Source: Candidatus Gastranaerophilales bacterium (lineage in GTDB: Bacteria; Cyanobacteriota; Vampirovibrionia; Gastranaerophilales; Gastranaerophilaceae). Taken from it: a stretch of 64,000 bases of DNA. Below are positions 30,448 through 40,221 of the stretch, one piece after another (the first letter of the stretch is position 1; every line of letters begins with the position of its first letter). The translations under genes and the position numbers were made by a program. The notes under the pieces are model-generated. The model did no database searches. It saw nothing but the letters and a program-made list of their open reading frames with translations, and was not told the origin of the DNA. The stretch is from contig CALUUP010000001.1 of the NCBI GenBank assembly GCA_944323985.1, positions 37,029-101,028 on the forward strand, in the 5' to 3' direction.

Positions 30448-32197
30448 ATCAGAACTTCTTGCACCTGCTAAAAACAAAGAAACAGCAATAGCTGCAATCG
30501 ATGCTGGAGCTGATGCTGTATATATTGGTGCAAATTCTTTTGGAGCAAGAAAAAATGCTTCTAATTCTTTAGATGATATTAAAGAAGTTGTAAATTATGC
30601 TCATAAATTTTGGGCTAAAGTTTTCATTACAATAAATACAATACTTGATGATAAAGAATTAAAAGAAGCTTTTGATTTAATAAAAAATCTTGATAATATA
30701 GGAGTTGATGCAATAATAATTCAAGATATGGGATTATTAAAAAAATGTATAGATGAAAAAATAACTATTCCTATACATATGAGTACTCAATGCGATAATC
30801 GAGATATGGAAAAATTTGAATTCTTTGATAAGGTTGGAATTTCAAGAGTTGTTCTTGCAAGAGAATTATCTTTAGAAAATATTAAAGAAATTCACAAAAG
30901 ATGTCCTAATTTAGAACTGGAAGCATTTGTTCATGGAGCATTATGTGTTTCTTATAGCGGACAATGTTATTTAAGCGAATTTATAGGCGGGCGTTCCGCA
31001 AATAGAGGAGAATGTGCTCAACCTTGCAGAAAAAAATATACTGTTGAAACTACTTCAGGAAAAATTCTTGCAAAAGATATCTATGCATTATCACTTAAAG
31101 ATTTTAATGCTTCTAAGCATATAAAAACAATGCTTGATAATGGAGTATTTTCTTTCAAAATAGAAGGCAGATTAAAAGATATAAACTATGTTAAAAACAT
31201 AGTTGCTTTTTATAGAAAAGAGCTTGATAAGTATTCTCAAAAAATATCATCAGGAAAATCCGTTTATCCATTTGAACCAAACCCTGAAAAAAGTTTTAAT
31301 AGAGGTTTTACGGATTACTTCCTTGAAAAAAGAAATGCTTGTTTTAATTTTATTTCCCCTAAATCTCAAGGAGAATATTTAGGGAAAGTAATAGAGGTAA
31401 AAAATAACTATATAAGAATAAATACCGATAAAAATATTCATCCTCAAGATGGAATGGTCTTTGGCGATAATGGATTCTTAGTAAATAAAGTAGAAGGTGA
31501 TAAAATTTATCCAAATAAACAAGTAAAAATCAATATTGGAGATAAAATATTCCGAAACAATGATGTTGATTTTGAGAAAAAACTTGATTTACCCCTAAAA
31601 AGACAAATTGGGGTAAATATAAATGTTCAAAATGGACAAATTAAACTTACTGATGAAGATGATATTTCTATTGTAGAAAAAATCGAATCAAATGAAGTTG
31701 CAAAAAATCCTGAAAAAATGAAAGAAACTTTCATAAAACAAATTTCTAAGACAGGTGATAGTGATTTCTACATAGAAAATATTGAAATAAATTCAGACAT
31801 CCCATTTATGCCAGTAAGTGAAATAAACAAACTAAGACGTGAACTATTTGAAAAACTTATGCAAAAAAGATTTCTTAATTATCTTAAAGAAGCCCAAAAA
31901 GAGCTGAAATACACGGATTTTTATAAAAAAGAGTTTGATTATAGAGGTAATGTTTATAATCAAGAAGCAAAAGATTTTTATAACAAATGTAATTGCAAAA
32001 TTTTAGAACCTGCTTTTGAAAAAATAAAACCAAATCGACAAGTAGAAATAATGCGAACTAAACATTGCATAAAATATGCTCTAGGCATTTGTAAATCGTC
32101 TCAAGAACTAGTTTTAGTTGATGAAAAAGGAATAAAATTTCCACTTAAATTTGATTGCAAGAATTGTGAAATGGTAATTTTATCTCCTACAAAATAA
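30440..32197 (+). CDS. U32 family protein with C-terminal DUF3656-type region (RlhA/YdcP-like)
   Basis: ELLAPA, GADAVYIG, HMSTQ, LARELS, HGALCVSYSGQC...RSANRGECAQPCR, KIEGR. Confidence 0.87.
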   Translation: MIRSELLAPAKNKETAIAAIDAGADAVYIGANSFGARKNASNSLDDIKEVVNYAHKFWAKVFITINTILDDKELKEAFDLIKNLDNIGVDAIIIQDMGLLKKCIDEKITIPIHMSTQCDNRDMEKFEFFDKVGISRVVLARELSLENIKEIHKRCPNLELEAFVHGALCVSYSGQCYLSEFIGGRSANRGECAQPCRKKYTVETTSGKILAKDIYALSLKDFNASKHIKTMLDNGVFSFKIEGRLKDINYVKNIVAFYRKELDKYSQKISSGKSVYPFEPNPEKSFNRGFTDYFLEKRNACFNFISPKSQGEYLGKVIEVKNNYIRINTDKNIHPQDGMVFGDNGFLVNKVEGDKIYPNKQVKINIGDKIFRNNDVDFEKKLDLPLKRQIGVNINVQNGQIKLTDEDDISIVEKIESNEVAKNPEKMKETFIKQISKTGDSDFYIENIEINSDIPFMPVSEINKLRRELFEKLMQKRFLNYLKEAQKELKYTDFYKKEFDYRGNVYNQEAKDFYNKCNCKILEPAFEKIKPNRQVEIMRTKHCIKYALGICKSSQELVLVDEKGIKFPLKFDCKNCEMVILSPTK

Positions 32198-34021
32198 CTA
32201 TGCCGTAGCTACATCATTCTGTTTTTCTTCTTGTGCAGATAATTGTGCCGCTATTTGAGCTAATTCTTCTTTAGATTTTGCGTTATTAATAGCACTTTCT
32301 AGTTCTTTATAAGAAGTTATATTTTTATTTAAAACAGCCAATTGATCCTTTACATTCTCTTTAGAAAATTCTTGTCCAAACATAAATGGAGTTGAATATT
32401 GAGAATCAAACATCTGATTTCCATAAGCTACCGCATATATTTCTGGACGTTTCAAAGTTGCTTTCATTAGTCTAATACCATATCCAGGATTATCACCACC
32501 GATTGCAATTTGGTAATTATTCTTTCCGTAAGTAGAAGGTTTCCACATTGACCATGTTTGAGTAGCATTAGGAACATATTCATTTAATGCTGTTGCATTC
32601 ATTGTAGGATCTTTAGCTAATGTTCTCATTGAAGCTGTTTTCAAATTTACAATTTCATTCATACCCTTTTGATAAGGTTTTTGAGTCTTTAACATACTAT
32701 CCATAAATGTTTTGTATTCTGCTTGACTAATACTTCCTTGTCCTATTTTATAATTACCTGCTGCATCTTGAGTATATCCTTTTATTCTATCAATCATTTT
32801 AGTAGAAGAATTTTCAGTAAGAAGCTTATCAAAGTCTGCTTTAGATTTGATATTATATAAGTTTCTTAATTCCTTTCTATTTTGATTTAATATACATTTT
32901 TGTTCCCTTAATAAAGCAATTTTATTTTGTTCAGAAAGTGGAGTTGCTAATAATTCAGCATCAATTGCATCCATATCTTTTTGAATTTTAGCTTCCATAT
33001 TTTTTATTTTTTCATCGTATTTATACTTAAAGTCATTAAATTTCTTAATACCATTAGTCCAGACTCTTTGCCACCAAACTTTAGAAGCACCTGAAACTCC
33101 ACCACCAGCAACATTAACAGCTGCAAGATCTGCTCTTACTGCATTAGATGTTGCTCTCCAAGCATTTACAGTTATATCTCTACCAAAGTTTGAAGCTGCT
33201 TCTATAGTTTTACCTACCAAACCAGTTCTTGATGTTGCAGCACTAGCTTTAGCCATTGTAACACCAGAATTAGAAGCAGATGTAGTAGCTCCTGTTCTTA
33301 AACCACTACCAAGACCTCTTAAACCAAATACTGATAAACTTGCAACAAGTGCATTTGTACAAATGTCTTGTTGAGCTTTATCTTTTTCAAGGTCTGTTTT
33401 AGCATTCTTTAACTCAGAAACACCTTTAGCTACACCAATAGTGCCCAAAACAGCTCCACCAGCAAGCATTCCATATCCAATTACAGGGCCTATTACAGGA
33501 ATAAAACTAGCACCTATAGCACCTATTGTAATTGCAGCATTTGTAAGCCCCTTTTTCCAATTCCAAGAGCCGTCTTTTTCTATCCTGACAAGACCTTTAC
33601 CAATATTTACAAAAGCAGTTCCTGCATTAGAAAGCCAACGTCCTGCTTTTGTCCAAAAACTGTCATCTTTTTTTCGTTTTACAACAATAGAGCTTGTGCC
33701 TGTTTTTTTATCGGTGTTATTTTCTATATCTTTTTTTGTGGTCTCTAATTCGTTTATTGTTGCATTTAAACCTAGAGTTTTTTTGACGTCTTCTTTATCT
33801 TTTTCTAATTGAGCAGCTTCTAATCTAGCTTTATAAACTTTGTTTTTTTCTGCACGTTCTTTTTCAAGACGTTTTTTATAATCTTCATAACTCTCATTTA
33901 GTGTTGAAACACTTGAAGAAGACGTTGTTGTTGATAAAAATCCACTCCAAGGATTTCCTATATTTCCATTATATGTGCCAACCATGCCAGCAGGCATTTG
34001 TATATTCATAAAATTCGTCAT
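32198..34021 (-). CDS. Lineage-specific hypothetical protein with a paired Gly/Ala-rich hydrophobic hairpin
   Basis: 607-aa ORF; coiled-coil N-region followed by GLTNAAITIGAIGASFIPVIGPVIGYGMLAGGAVLGTIGVAKGV. Confidence 0.65.
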   Translation of the reverse strand: MTNFMNIQMPAGMVGTYNGNIGNPWSGFLSTTTSSSSVSTLNESYEDYKKRLEKERAEKNKVYKARLEAAQLEKDKEDVKKTLGLNATINELETTKKDIENNTDKKTGTSSIVVKRKKDDSFWTKAGRWLSNAGTAFVNIGKGLVRIEKDGSWNWKKGLTNAAITIGAIGASFIPVIGPVIGYGMLAGGAVLGTIGVAKGVSELKNAKTDLEKDKAQQDICTNALVASLSVFGLRGLGSGLRTGATTSASNSGVTMAKASAATSRTGLVGKTIEAASNFGRDITVNAWRATSNAVRADLAAVNVAGGGVSGASKVWWQRVWTNGIKKFNDFKYKYDEKIKNMEAKIQKDMDAIDAELLATPLSEQNKIALLREQKCILNQNRKELRNLYNIKSKADFDKLLTENSSTKMIDRIKGYTQDAAGNYKIGQGSISQAEYKTFMDSMLKTQKPYQKGMNEIVNLKTASMRTLAKDPTMNATALNEYVPNATQTWSMWKPSTYGKNNYQIAIGGDNPGYGIRLMKATLKRPEIYAVAYGNQMFDSQYSTPFMFGQEFSKENVKDQLAVLNKNITSYKELESAINNAKSKEELAQIAAQLSAQEEKQNDVATA

Positions 34022-34137
34022 AAATATCCCTGTTTAATATCCTTATTTATAAAAAGTCATACTAAAATCCAAAATTGATATATTATTAAGAAATGTAAAT
34101 TATATTTACATTTATATGTTTCTGATATACTAAAAAT

Positions 34138-35031
34138 ATGAAGTGTGGATTTGTTACAATATTAGGTCGTCCTAATGTTGGAAAGTCGACTCTTTTGAAT
34201 CAGATTTTGGGACAAAAGATAGTCATAACAACAGATAAGGCACAGACTACGAGAAAAAGAATTAAGGGAATTTTAACAGACGAAAATGGACAAATAATAT
34301 TTGTCGACACTCCAGGTGTTCATCGTCCGCTTAATAAACTTGGCGAATTTTTGCTTGATGAAGTAAAAATTGCAGTTCCTGATGCAGATTTAATATTGTT
34401 TTTAGTAGACGGAACCGAACCAGCAGGAAAAGGAGATAAGTGGATAGTTGAAAATATTCTAAATAAAACAGAAACTCCTGTAATATTGGTTATGAATAAG
34501 CTTGATAAAATTAAAAATCCACAAAAAGTAGAAGAAAATTTAATAAGTTATAAAACTCTTTTTGATAAAAATATTCCACTAGTTCGAATATCAGCAAAAA
34601 CCGGTAGAAATAAAGATACATTAATTTCAAATATCTTAAAAAAATTACCAGAAGGAGAAAAATTATATCCTGATGATATTGTAACCGAAGAAAGCATGAG
34701 ATCAGTTACAGAAGAAATAATAAGAGAAAAGATTTTATTAAATACACAAGATGAAATTCCACATTCTGTAGCTATAAAAATAGAAAAATACGAAGAAAAT
34801 GAAGATATAGATAGAATTTATGCAACAATTTATTGTGAACAAAAAAGTCAAAAAGGTATTTTGATTGGGAAAGGAGGTAATCTTTTAAAATTAATTGGAA
34901 CTCAAGCTAGAATAGAATTAGAAGAAATTACAGAGAAAAAAGTTTTTTTATCGCTTGAAGTAAAAGTAGAGAAAGATTGGAGAAAAAAAGATAATATTTT
35001 AAAAAAATTTGGATATAAACAAGAAGAATAG
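34138..35031 (+). CDS. era: GTPase Era
   Basis: GRPNVGKST, QTTR, DTPG, NKLD, EIPHS, SQKGILIGKGG, KH-like C-terminus. Confidence 0.96.
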   Translation: MKCGFVTILGRPNVGKSTLLNQILGQKIVITTDKAQTTRKRIKGILTDENGQIIFVDTPGVHRPLNKLGEFLLDEVKIAVPDADLILFLVDGTEPAGKGDKWIVENILNKTETPVILVMNKLDKIKNPQKVEENLISYKTLFDKNIPLVRISAKTGRNKDTLISNILKKLPEGEKLYPDDIVTEESMRSVTEEIIREKILLNTQDEIPHSVAIKIEKYEENEDIDRIYATIYCEQKSQKGILIGKGGNLLKLIGTQARIELEEITEKKVFLSLEVKVEKDWRKKDNILKKFGYKQEE

Positions 35032-35088
35032 CAAAAAATAAATTTATAGGTTTTACAATATTATAGTAAAAGGAAGTGTGTGTAAAAG

Positions 35089-37344
35089 ATGAAAATTCAA
35101 AGAGTAGAGACATTAAATTTAAACAATTCAAAAAAGCAAAACAATACAAGACCAAATTTTCAAAGAAATTGGTCAGAGCACGTTAGCTGGGGTGCAAACT
35201 ATATAAAAGAGACAGGAAAAACAAATTTTAAGTTGTTTTCTTTTCCGGATGCAAAAGCAGTTTTTGTAGAAATAGCTAGTAGTATAGGTAAAAATTTTGG
35301 AAATATTCATGATAGAGCTGTACAAATAGTGACGGCTGTATCAGGTCTTATTACCGCACAAGCGATAAATGAAGATTCCAAAATTTATCCAATGAAACAT
35401 AATGGCGAAGGAGTTTATGAAGCTAACAATATTGATGCTAAAGCGGGGACTCCATATAGATATGTTGTAGTTGATAAAAATAACAATGTTAATACAGTTA
35501 AAGATCCTTATTCTAAAAAGCAAGATGATATTCACGGTTGGAGTGAAATTTATAATCAAGATAATTATGAATGGAAAAATACTAACTGGCTTGAAGGAAA
35601 AGATTCTAGAAGAATAACAAGAAAACCAGATGAAAAATTTAGAGGTTTGGAAAATTTAGTTATTTCAGAAATAAATATTCCAACATTATCTAAAGAGGGA
35701 GATTTTAAACATGCTTTTACTGTAATTGATAAAATTGCAAATGACAAAGTTGCTAATGCAATAGAAATAATGCCTGTAGAAAATACATATTCAAAACAAT
35801 GGGGATATGATGGAGTAGATAAGTTTGCAGTAAATAAAAATTTAGGTTCAGCAAAAGAACTAAAAGAATTAATAGATTATGCACATGGGAAAGGTCTAAA
35901 TGTCATAATGGATATGGTTCCAAATCATATTGGTCCAGATGGTAATTATTTAGAAAAAACGGGTCCATATACTGCTGGAAATACAGCTTGGGGTAGTGCT
36001 TATAATTATGAAGGACTTAATAATAAATATGTTAGAGATTATATGGCAAATGCCGCTCTTTGGTGGGCTAAAGAATTTAAAGTCGATGGGCTAAGGTTAG
36101 ATATGACTCAACACTGTCATTCTGATTATCTATTAAAACAAATTGTAGATGAAGTAAATGAACATGCACCGAGTGTTTTTCTAATAGCAGAAGATGGTAG
36201 AAATAACAAAAAAAATGTAACGGATATAAGTAGATATAATATTACACATGAAATGGAATTAAAGAAAATCGATGAAAGTGTTGATGATATTGCAAATCAA
36301 AGATGGCATACTTATCCTCAAGAAATAGGATTTGATAGTGAATGGGATTTTAAATACATTGAAACTTTACAGGATGCTGTTCTTGATATAAGTCCAAAAG
36401 TTATGAATGACTTAGATAATGATTTGAAAAATTCATTACATAGAGTTAAATATGTCATGAGTCATGACAATATTGGAAATAATGATGGCACAAGGCTTAT
36501 ACCGAAAATATTGGTAAAAAATTTAGGATTATTTTTTAATGTAGATGGATATGGAGATTGTGAAAAAGGACAAAATGCTGCACAAAGTTCTCAAAGACTT
36601 GCAGAATTAATCGTTTCTGATGATTTTGATAAGTTAAACGAAGAGCAATTAAGACAAAAATTAAATGACTGTGGTATTAGAACTTATATTTCAAAAGAAC
36701 ATTTAATTAATACATTTAAAACAGCATTGGCTAAACAAAGGCTGGCACAAGGAACTTTTATGACAACACCAGGTCCTAAAATGTATTTTCAAGGTGATGA
36801 AGTAGGAGATTTATCGCATTTTAAATTTTTTAGAGAATTTACAGATGAAAGAAGGGTAAGAGAAGAATCTGATGATTTTAAAAATGCAAAAATTAAAGAA
36901 AAAGGATATGATACTCTTGAAGAAACAGCTCGTCCAGACTGTATTGTTGGTAGAATTAAATATGAGGGTTATTTTAAGAATGCCTCTCAGCAAATGTTAG
37001 AATACAATAAAGATTTAAAAGAGTTGTTAGATACAAATAATGCTATTTCGAAAGGAGATATTGTTAGTACATATAAAGATAATACACATAATGTTCATAT
37101 ACATCAATTAAAATTTAACGATGAAGAGGTTTTAGTACTTAAAAATTTTGGAACTGGATTCCACAATAAAACTTATGAATACTATGGTTTTCCACAAAAT
37201 AGCACTTGGGAAGAAATTTTTAATAGTGATGATGCTAAATATGGTGGTAGTAATCTTACAAATAAAGGACGAAATGATATAACAAATCTAAATCAACATC
37301 TTTCAATGGCACCAAATAGTATTGTTATTTTGAAGAGAATATAA
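35089..37344 (+). CDS. GH13 alpha-amylase family enzyme with CBM48-like domain (TreZ/GlgB-like)
   Basis: WGYDG, DMVPNHIGPDGNYL, catalytic DGLRLD, IAED and SHDNIGN; PGPKMYFQGDE. Confidence 0.82.
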   Translation: MKIQRVETLNLNNSKKQNNTRPNFQRNWSEHVSWGANYIKETGKTNFKLFSFPDAKAVFVEIASSIGKNFGNIHDRAVQIVTAVSGLITAQAINEDSKIYPMKHNGEGVYEANNIDAKAGTPYRYVVVDKNNNVNTVKDPYSKKQDDIHGWSEIYNQDNYEWKNTNWLEGKDSRRITRKPDEKFRGLENLVISEINIPTLSKEGDFKHAFTVIDKIANDKVANAIEIMPVENTYSKQWGYDGVDKFAVNKNLGSAKELKELIDYAHGKGLNVIMDMVPNHIGPDGNYLEKTGPYTAGNTAWGSAYNYEGLNNKYVRDYMANAALWWAKEFKVDGLRLDMTQHCHSDYLLKQIVDEVNEHAPSVFLIAEDGRNNKKNVTDISRYNITHEMELKKIDESVDDIANQRWHTYPQEIGFDSEWDFKYIETLQDAVLDISPKVMNDLDNDLKNSLHRVKYVMSHDNIGNNDGTRLIPKILVKNLGLFFNVDGYGDCEKGQNAAQSSQRLAELIVSDDFDKLNEEQLRQKLNDCGIRTYISKEHLINTFKTALAKQRLAQGTFMTTPGPKMYFQGDEVGDLSHFKFFREFTDERRVREESDDFKNAKIKEKGYDTLEETARPDCIVGRIKYEGYFKNASQQMLEYNKDLKELLDTNNAISKGDIVSTYKDNTHNVHIHQLKFNDEEVLVLKNFGTGFHNKTYEYYGFPQNSTWEEIFNSDDAKYGGSNLTNKGRNDITNLNQHLSMAPNSIVILKRI

Positions 37345-37358
37345 AATATTTATTAACA

Positions 37359-37392
37359 AAAGGGCGATATCGTATATACGATATCGCCCTTT
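37359..37392. terminator. 34-bp perfect palindrome, probable terminator of the GH13 gene
   Basis: aaagggcgatatcgtat|atacgatatcgcccttt. Confidence 0.7.
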
Positions 37393-37435
37393 ACAAATAT
37401 TTACTCCATGATAATATTATAGAAAAGGACTGATT

Positions 37436-37519
37436 ATGGCATATTTAGCAAAAAGACATCATCATACTCATACAAACCCGAAAGGGCTTGGAGTCTTGTG
37501 TCTTCTCTCCGCTAAGTAA
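37436..37519 (+). CDS. Putative His leader peptide MAYLAKRHHHTHTNPKGLGVLCLLSAK
   Basis: Hand translation; 4 CAT codons within 5 positions; RBS AAGGA 6 nt upstream; possible TTTACA-N16-TAATAT promoter. Confidence 0.65.
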   Translation: MAYLAKRHHHTHTNPKGLGVLCLLSAK

Positions 37520-37586
37520 ACTCCTTTCCCCATCGGCTCTTTCGGGATATTAAATTGAGAGATTGTAAAGAGTTCGATAAAAGGAG
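37477..37586 (+). promoter_or_regulatory. Putative translational attenuator (SD-sequestering versus anti-sequestering helices)
   Basis: ctccttt (37521-27) pairs with aaaggag (37580-86), and atcggctcttt (37532-42) with aaagagttcgat (37567-78). Alternative: cccgaaaggg (37477-86) with ctctttcggg (37537-46), and ggagt with actcc. Confidence 0.6.
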
Positions 37587-37596
37587 AAAATTTTAA

Positions 37597-38826
37597 ATGT
37601 CATTAGTAAATATAATATCAGCAATAGGAAACAATAGCAGTGTTTATCCGTTAATAGTCCGTGATTGCGGAATAGAAGTTCCATCTAAAGTCGCAATGAC
37701 TTATAATCAAAACTTAAAAGATTCAAAGCAAATGGCTTATAATGCTACTAGAGAAAGATTAATAGATGAATATGGAACCTCTATTATTTGGCTTGGAGGG
37801 ATTCCTGCTATGGAAAAATTATGTAATTGGGGAATAAAAAAAATGGGGTATTCTCCAAAAGTAAACTCCAGCTTATTAAAAGAAACTTCTAATCAGGGTT
37901 TAAAATATAATATTGAAAAGTTTAAAAATTTAGCTTCAAAAGAAGTAAAAGAAATGGAAAAAGTGCTTAATAATAAATCAACATATCAAAAACTCCTTGC
38001 TGGAAAATTTATTCTTTCTACTGCTATTCCTGTTGCATTAATGGGATATTTTTTACCTAAAATGAATTTTGCACTTACTGACAAAATAAGAAAACGCCAA
38101 GAAAACTCTAAAGAGGGGGTAAATATAATAAAAAAATCAATAGACTTAAAACCAGAAAATACAACTCCGACTTTTAAAGGAATAACATCTACTTTAGCTA
38201 ATATGTCTACCGTTAACAAAATGGCGATTACAGATGGGGGACTGACAGTTGGTAGAGTTGGAACTGCAAGAAATAAATTTGAAAGAATTGAAATGGCTTT
38301 TAAAATGAGTATGATGATGTTTTTAAACTTTGTTGCACCTATTTGGATCGCCAAAGGTTTAGATAATTTATCAAATAAGTTATTCAAAACAAATGTTAAT
38401 TTAGATCCAATGTTATTAAATGATAAAGAATTTTTAGAAAATATTAAAAATAATACTCTTGAAATGCCAAAAGGAAATATTATTGAGTTTTTAGATAATA
38501 AACCTGATTCTAAATTTTCTAAACTTTGCGAAAAATATGCAGGAGTTAAATATTTAAAAAATCGAATTAGAGATCCAAGAGAATTTGTAGATGAAAATAA
38601 GATTTCAAAATTTCAACAAGAAATAGAAAAATTCGCAAGTCAGTCCAGAGAAAGTGGAAATGTTGAAAATTTTGCAAAAAAAGCATTAAAAGTTAAATCT
38701 GCAAATATCTTAGCGAATGTTGGTATTAGTAGTTTTCTTCTTGCAGTGACACTTCCTAAAATTACTTTTATATTAAGAAAGAAAATAACAGGCTCTGATG
38801 CCGAACCCGGTCTAATGTCGAAGTAA
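37597..38826 (+). CDS. Uncharacterised internally duplicated membrane protein (paralog 3 of 3), downstream of a His leader
   Basis: 409-aa ORF with AGGAG RBS; two related halves; similar to 14867-16312 and 11069-12280. Confidence 0.75.
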   Translation: MSLVNIISAIGNNSSVYPLIVRDCGIEVPSKVAMTYNQNLKDSKQMAYNATRERLIDEYGTSIIWLGGIPAMEKLCNWGIKKMGYSPKVNSSLLKETSNQGLKYNIEKFKNLASKEVKEMEKVLNNKSTYQKLLAGKFILSTAIPVALMGYFLPKMNFALTDKIRKRQENSKEGVNIIKKSIDLKPENTTPTFKGITSTLANMSTVNKMAITDGGLTVGRVGTARNKFERIEMAFKMSMMMFLNFVAPIWIAKGLDNLSNKLFKTNVNLDPMLLNDKEFLENIKNNTLEMPKGNIIEFLDNKPDSKFSKLCEKYAGVKYLKNRIRDPREFVDENKISKFQQEIEKFASQSRESGNVENFAKKALKVKSANILANVGISSFLLAVTLPKITFILRKKITGSDAEPGLMSK

Positions 38827-40221
38827 ATTAAGAGCAGCTATAAAATAATTTTTAAACTCAACAAAACTTCTTAATGATAATAAAGTCTTTATGATAAATT
38901 TAGGTCTTAAGTAAAATCTTCTTACCGCTTGTTTATGCAGCTCAAAAATTCTTTCCTTTGTTAAAGTATGAGATTTTACAACCGGCTCAAAATAAGCCTT
39001 CGTAAAATCCATATTACTATCTACCAATTTATTTAACATTGCATAAGCAAAATATTTAGTACCAGGAAGGGGAGTCGCAGTATAAAAACTAACAAAATTA
39101 CTATCCAACTCTATTGCAAATTTTATAGTCTCTTCTACCGTTTCCTCAGTTTCCCAAGGAAGACCTATTACAAAATAATTATAAATTTTGATTTTATTTT
39201 TTTTCAAAATTTTAACAGTATTTCTAATTTCATCTAAGCTTAGTTTTTTACCGATATTATTGAGCATTGTTTGTGAACCACTTTCAACACCAATACTTAC
39301 AAGACGACAACCCGCTTTATACATAATTTCTGCCATCTCTTCATCCATCGTATTAGCTCTTGTATTAGAAGACCATGTAATTTTTAAACCACTTTCAATA
39401 ATTTTTTTACATAAATTAATAGTCCATTCTCTATCGAAATTAAAAATATCAGACCAAAAAAGAAAATTTTTGATATTATATTTTTCAACACACTCTTTTA
39501 ATTCTGCAATAATATTTTCTGCAGAACGAATTCTTACTTTTGATCCACTAACAGGAGTTGCTAGACAGAAAAAACAATGATAAGGACACCCTCTTGAAAC
39601 TTTAACAACAGCTTGAATTTTACCGTTATCGGGTCTTATATATTTAGAATTATCAACCAAATGCCTTGCTGGAAACGGCAAAATATCAAGATTTTCGATG
39701 AAAAGTCTTTTATCAGTTTTTACAGGTTGAAAATTATCACGATAACAAATTCCTAATATCTCATTGTCAGGAACTCCATTTAATATATCTCTCAAAGTAA
39801 GCTCTGCTTCACCAATAATAACATAATCTATAAATGAATTTTCATAAATCGCGTTTGTATTATAAGTTAAAAAAGATGCTCCTTTTACTATTATAGTAGT
39901 ATTAGGCGAAATTTCTTTAGCTAACTTCAAAGCTTCCATATCAGACTTAAAAGTCGGCGTAGCTATATTTGCGACTAAAAAATTCGGCTTAAAACTTTTT
40001 AAATCAGAAATAAAATCATTTCCTTGACTATAATCTCTAATCATAGCTTCATATCCACAACCTTCAGAAATGGAAGCTAAATACATTAAATCAGTAGGTG
40101 GTAGTGGTGGAATAACCAATAACTCCTTAGTAGGCTGTTGACAACGATCTTCTCTATTTAAAACCGGCGAAGGTGGGTAAATTAATAAAACTTTTCCCTT
40201 AGCCTTATCTGCTTCATTCAT
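38812..40221 (-). CDS. B12-binding domain radical SAM protein
   Basis: SRGCPYHCFFC (CxxxCxxC), IGVESGSQ, IGLPWET, N-terminal cobalamin-binding-type region (PP..LMYLAS, IIGEAE). Confidence 0.87.
   Translation of the reverse strand: MNEADKAKGKVLLIYPPSPVLNREDRCQQPTKELLVIPPLPPTDLMYLASISEGCGYEAMIRDYSQGNDFISDLKSFKPNFLVANIATPTFKSDMEALKLAKEISPNTTIIVKGASFLTYNTNAIYENSFIDYVIIGEAELTLRDILNGVPDNEILGICYRDNFQPVKTDKRLFIENLDILPFPARHLVDNSKYIRPDNGKIQAVVKVSRGCPYHCFFCLATPVSGSKVRIRSAENIIAELKECVEKYNIKNFLFWSDIFNFDREWTINLCKKIIESGLKITWSSNTRANTMDEEMAEIMYKAGCRLVSIGVESGSQTMLNNIGKKLSLDEIRNTVKILKKNKIKIYNYFVIGLPWETEETVEETIKFAIELDSNFVSFYTATPLPGTKYFAYAMLNKLVDSNMDFTKAYFEPVVKSHTLTKERIFELHKQAVRRFYLRPKFIIKTLLSLRSFVEFKNYFIAALNLLRH

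Noticed and set aside
9160-34110. NtcA/CRP-type sites (TGTAAA-N5-TTTACA at about 9162 and 34094)
   Set aside because: Spacing is GTA-N9-TAC rather than N8; one copy is simply a terminator stem, and such AT-rich inverted repeats are expected by chance.
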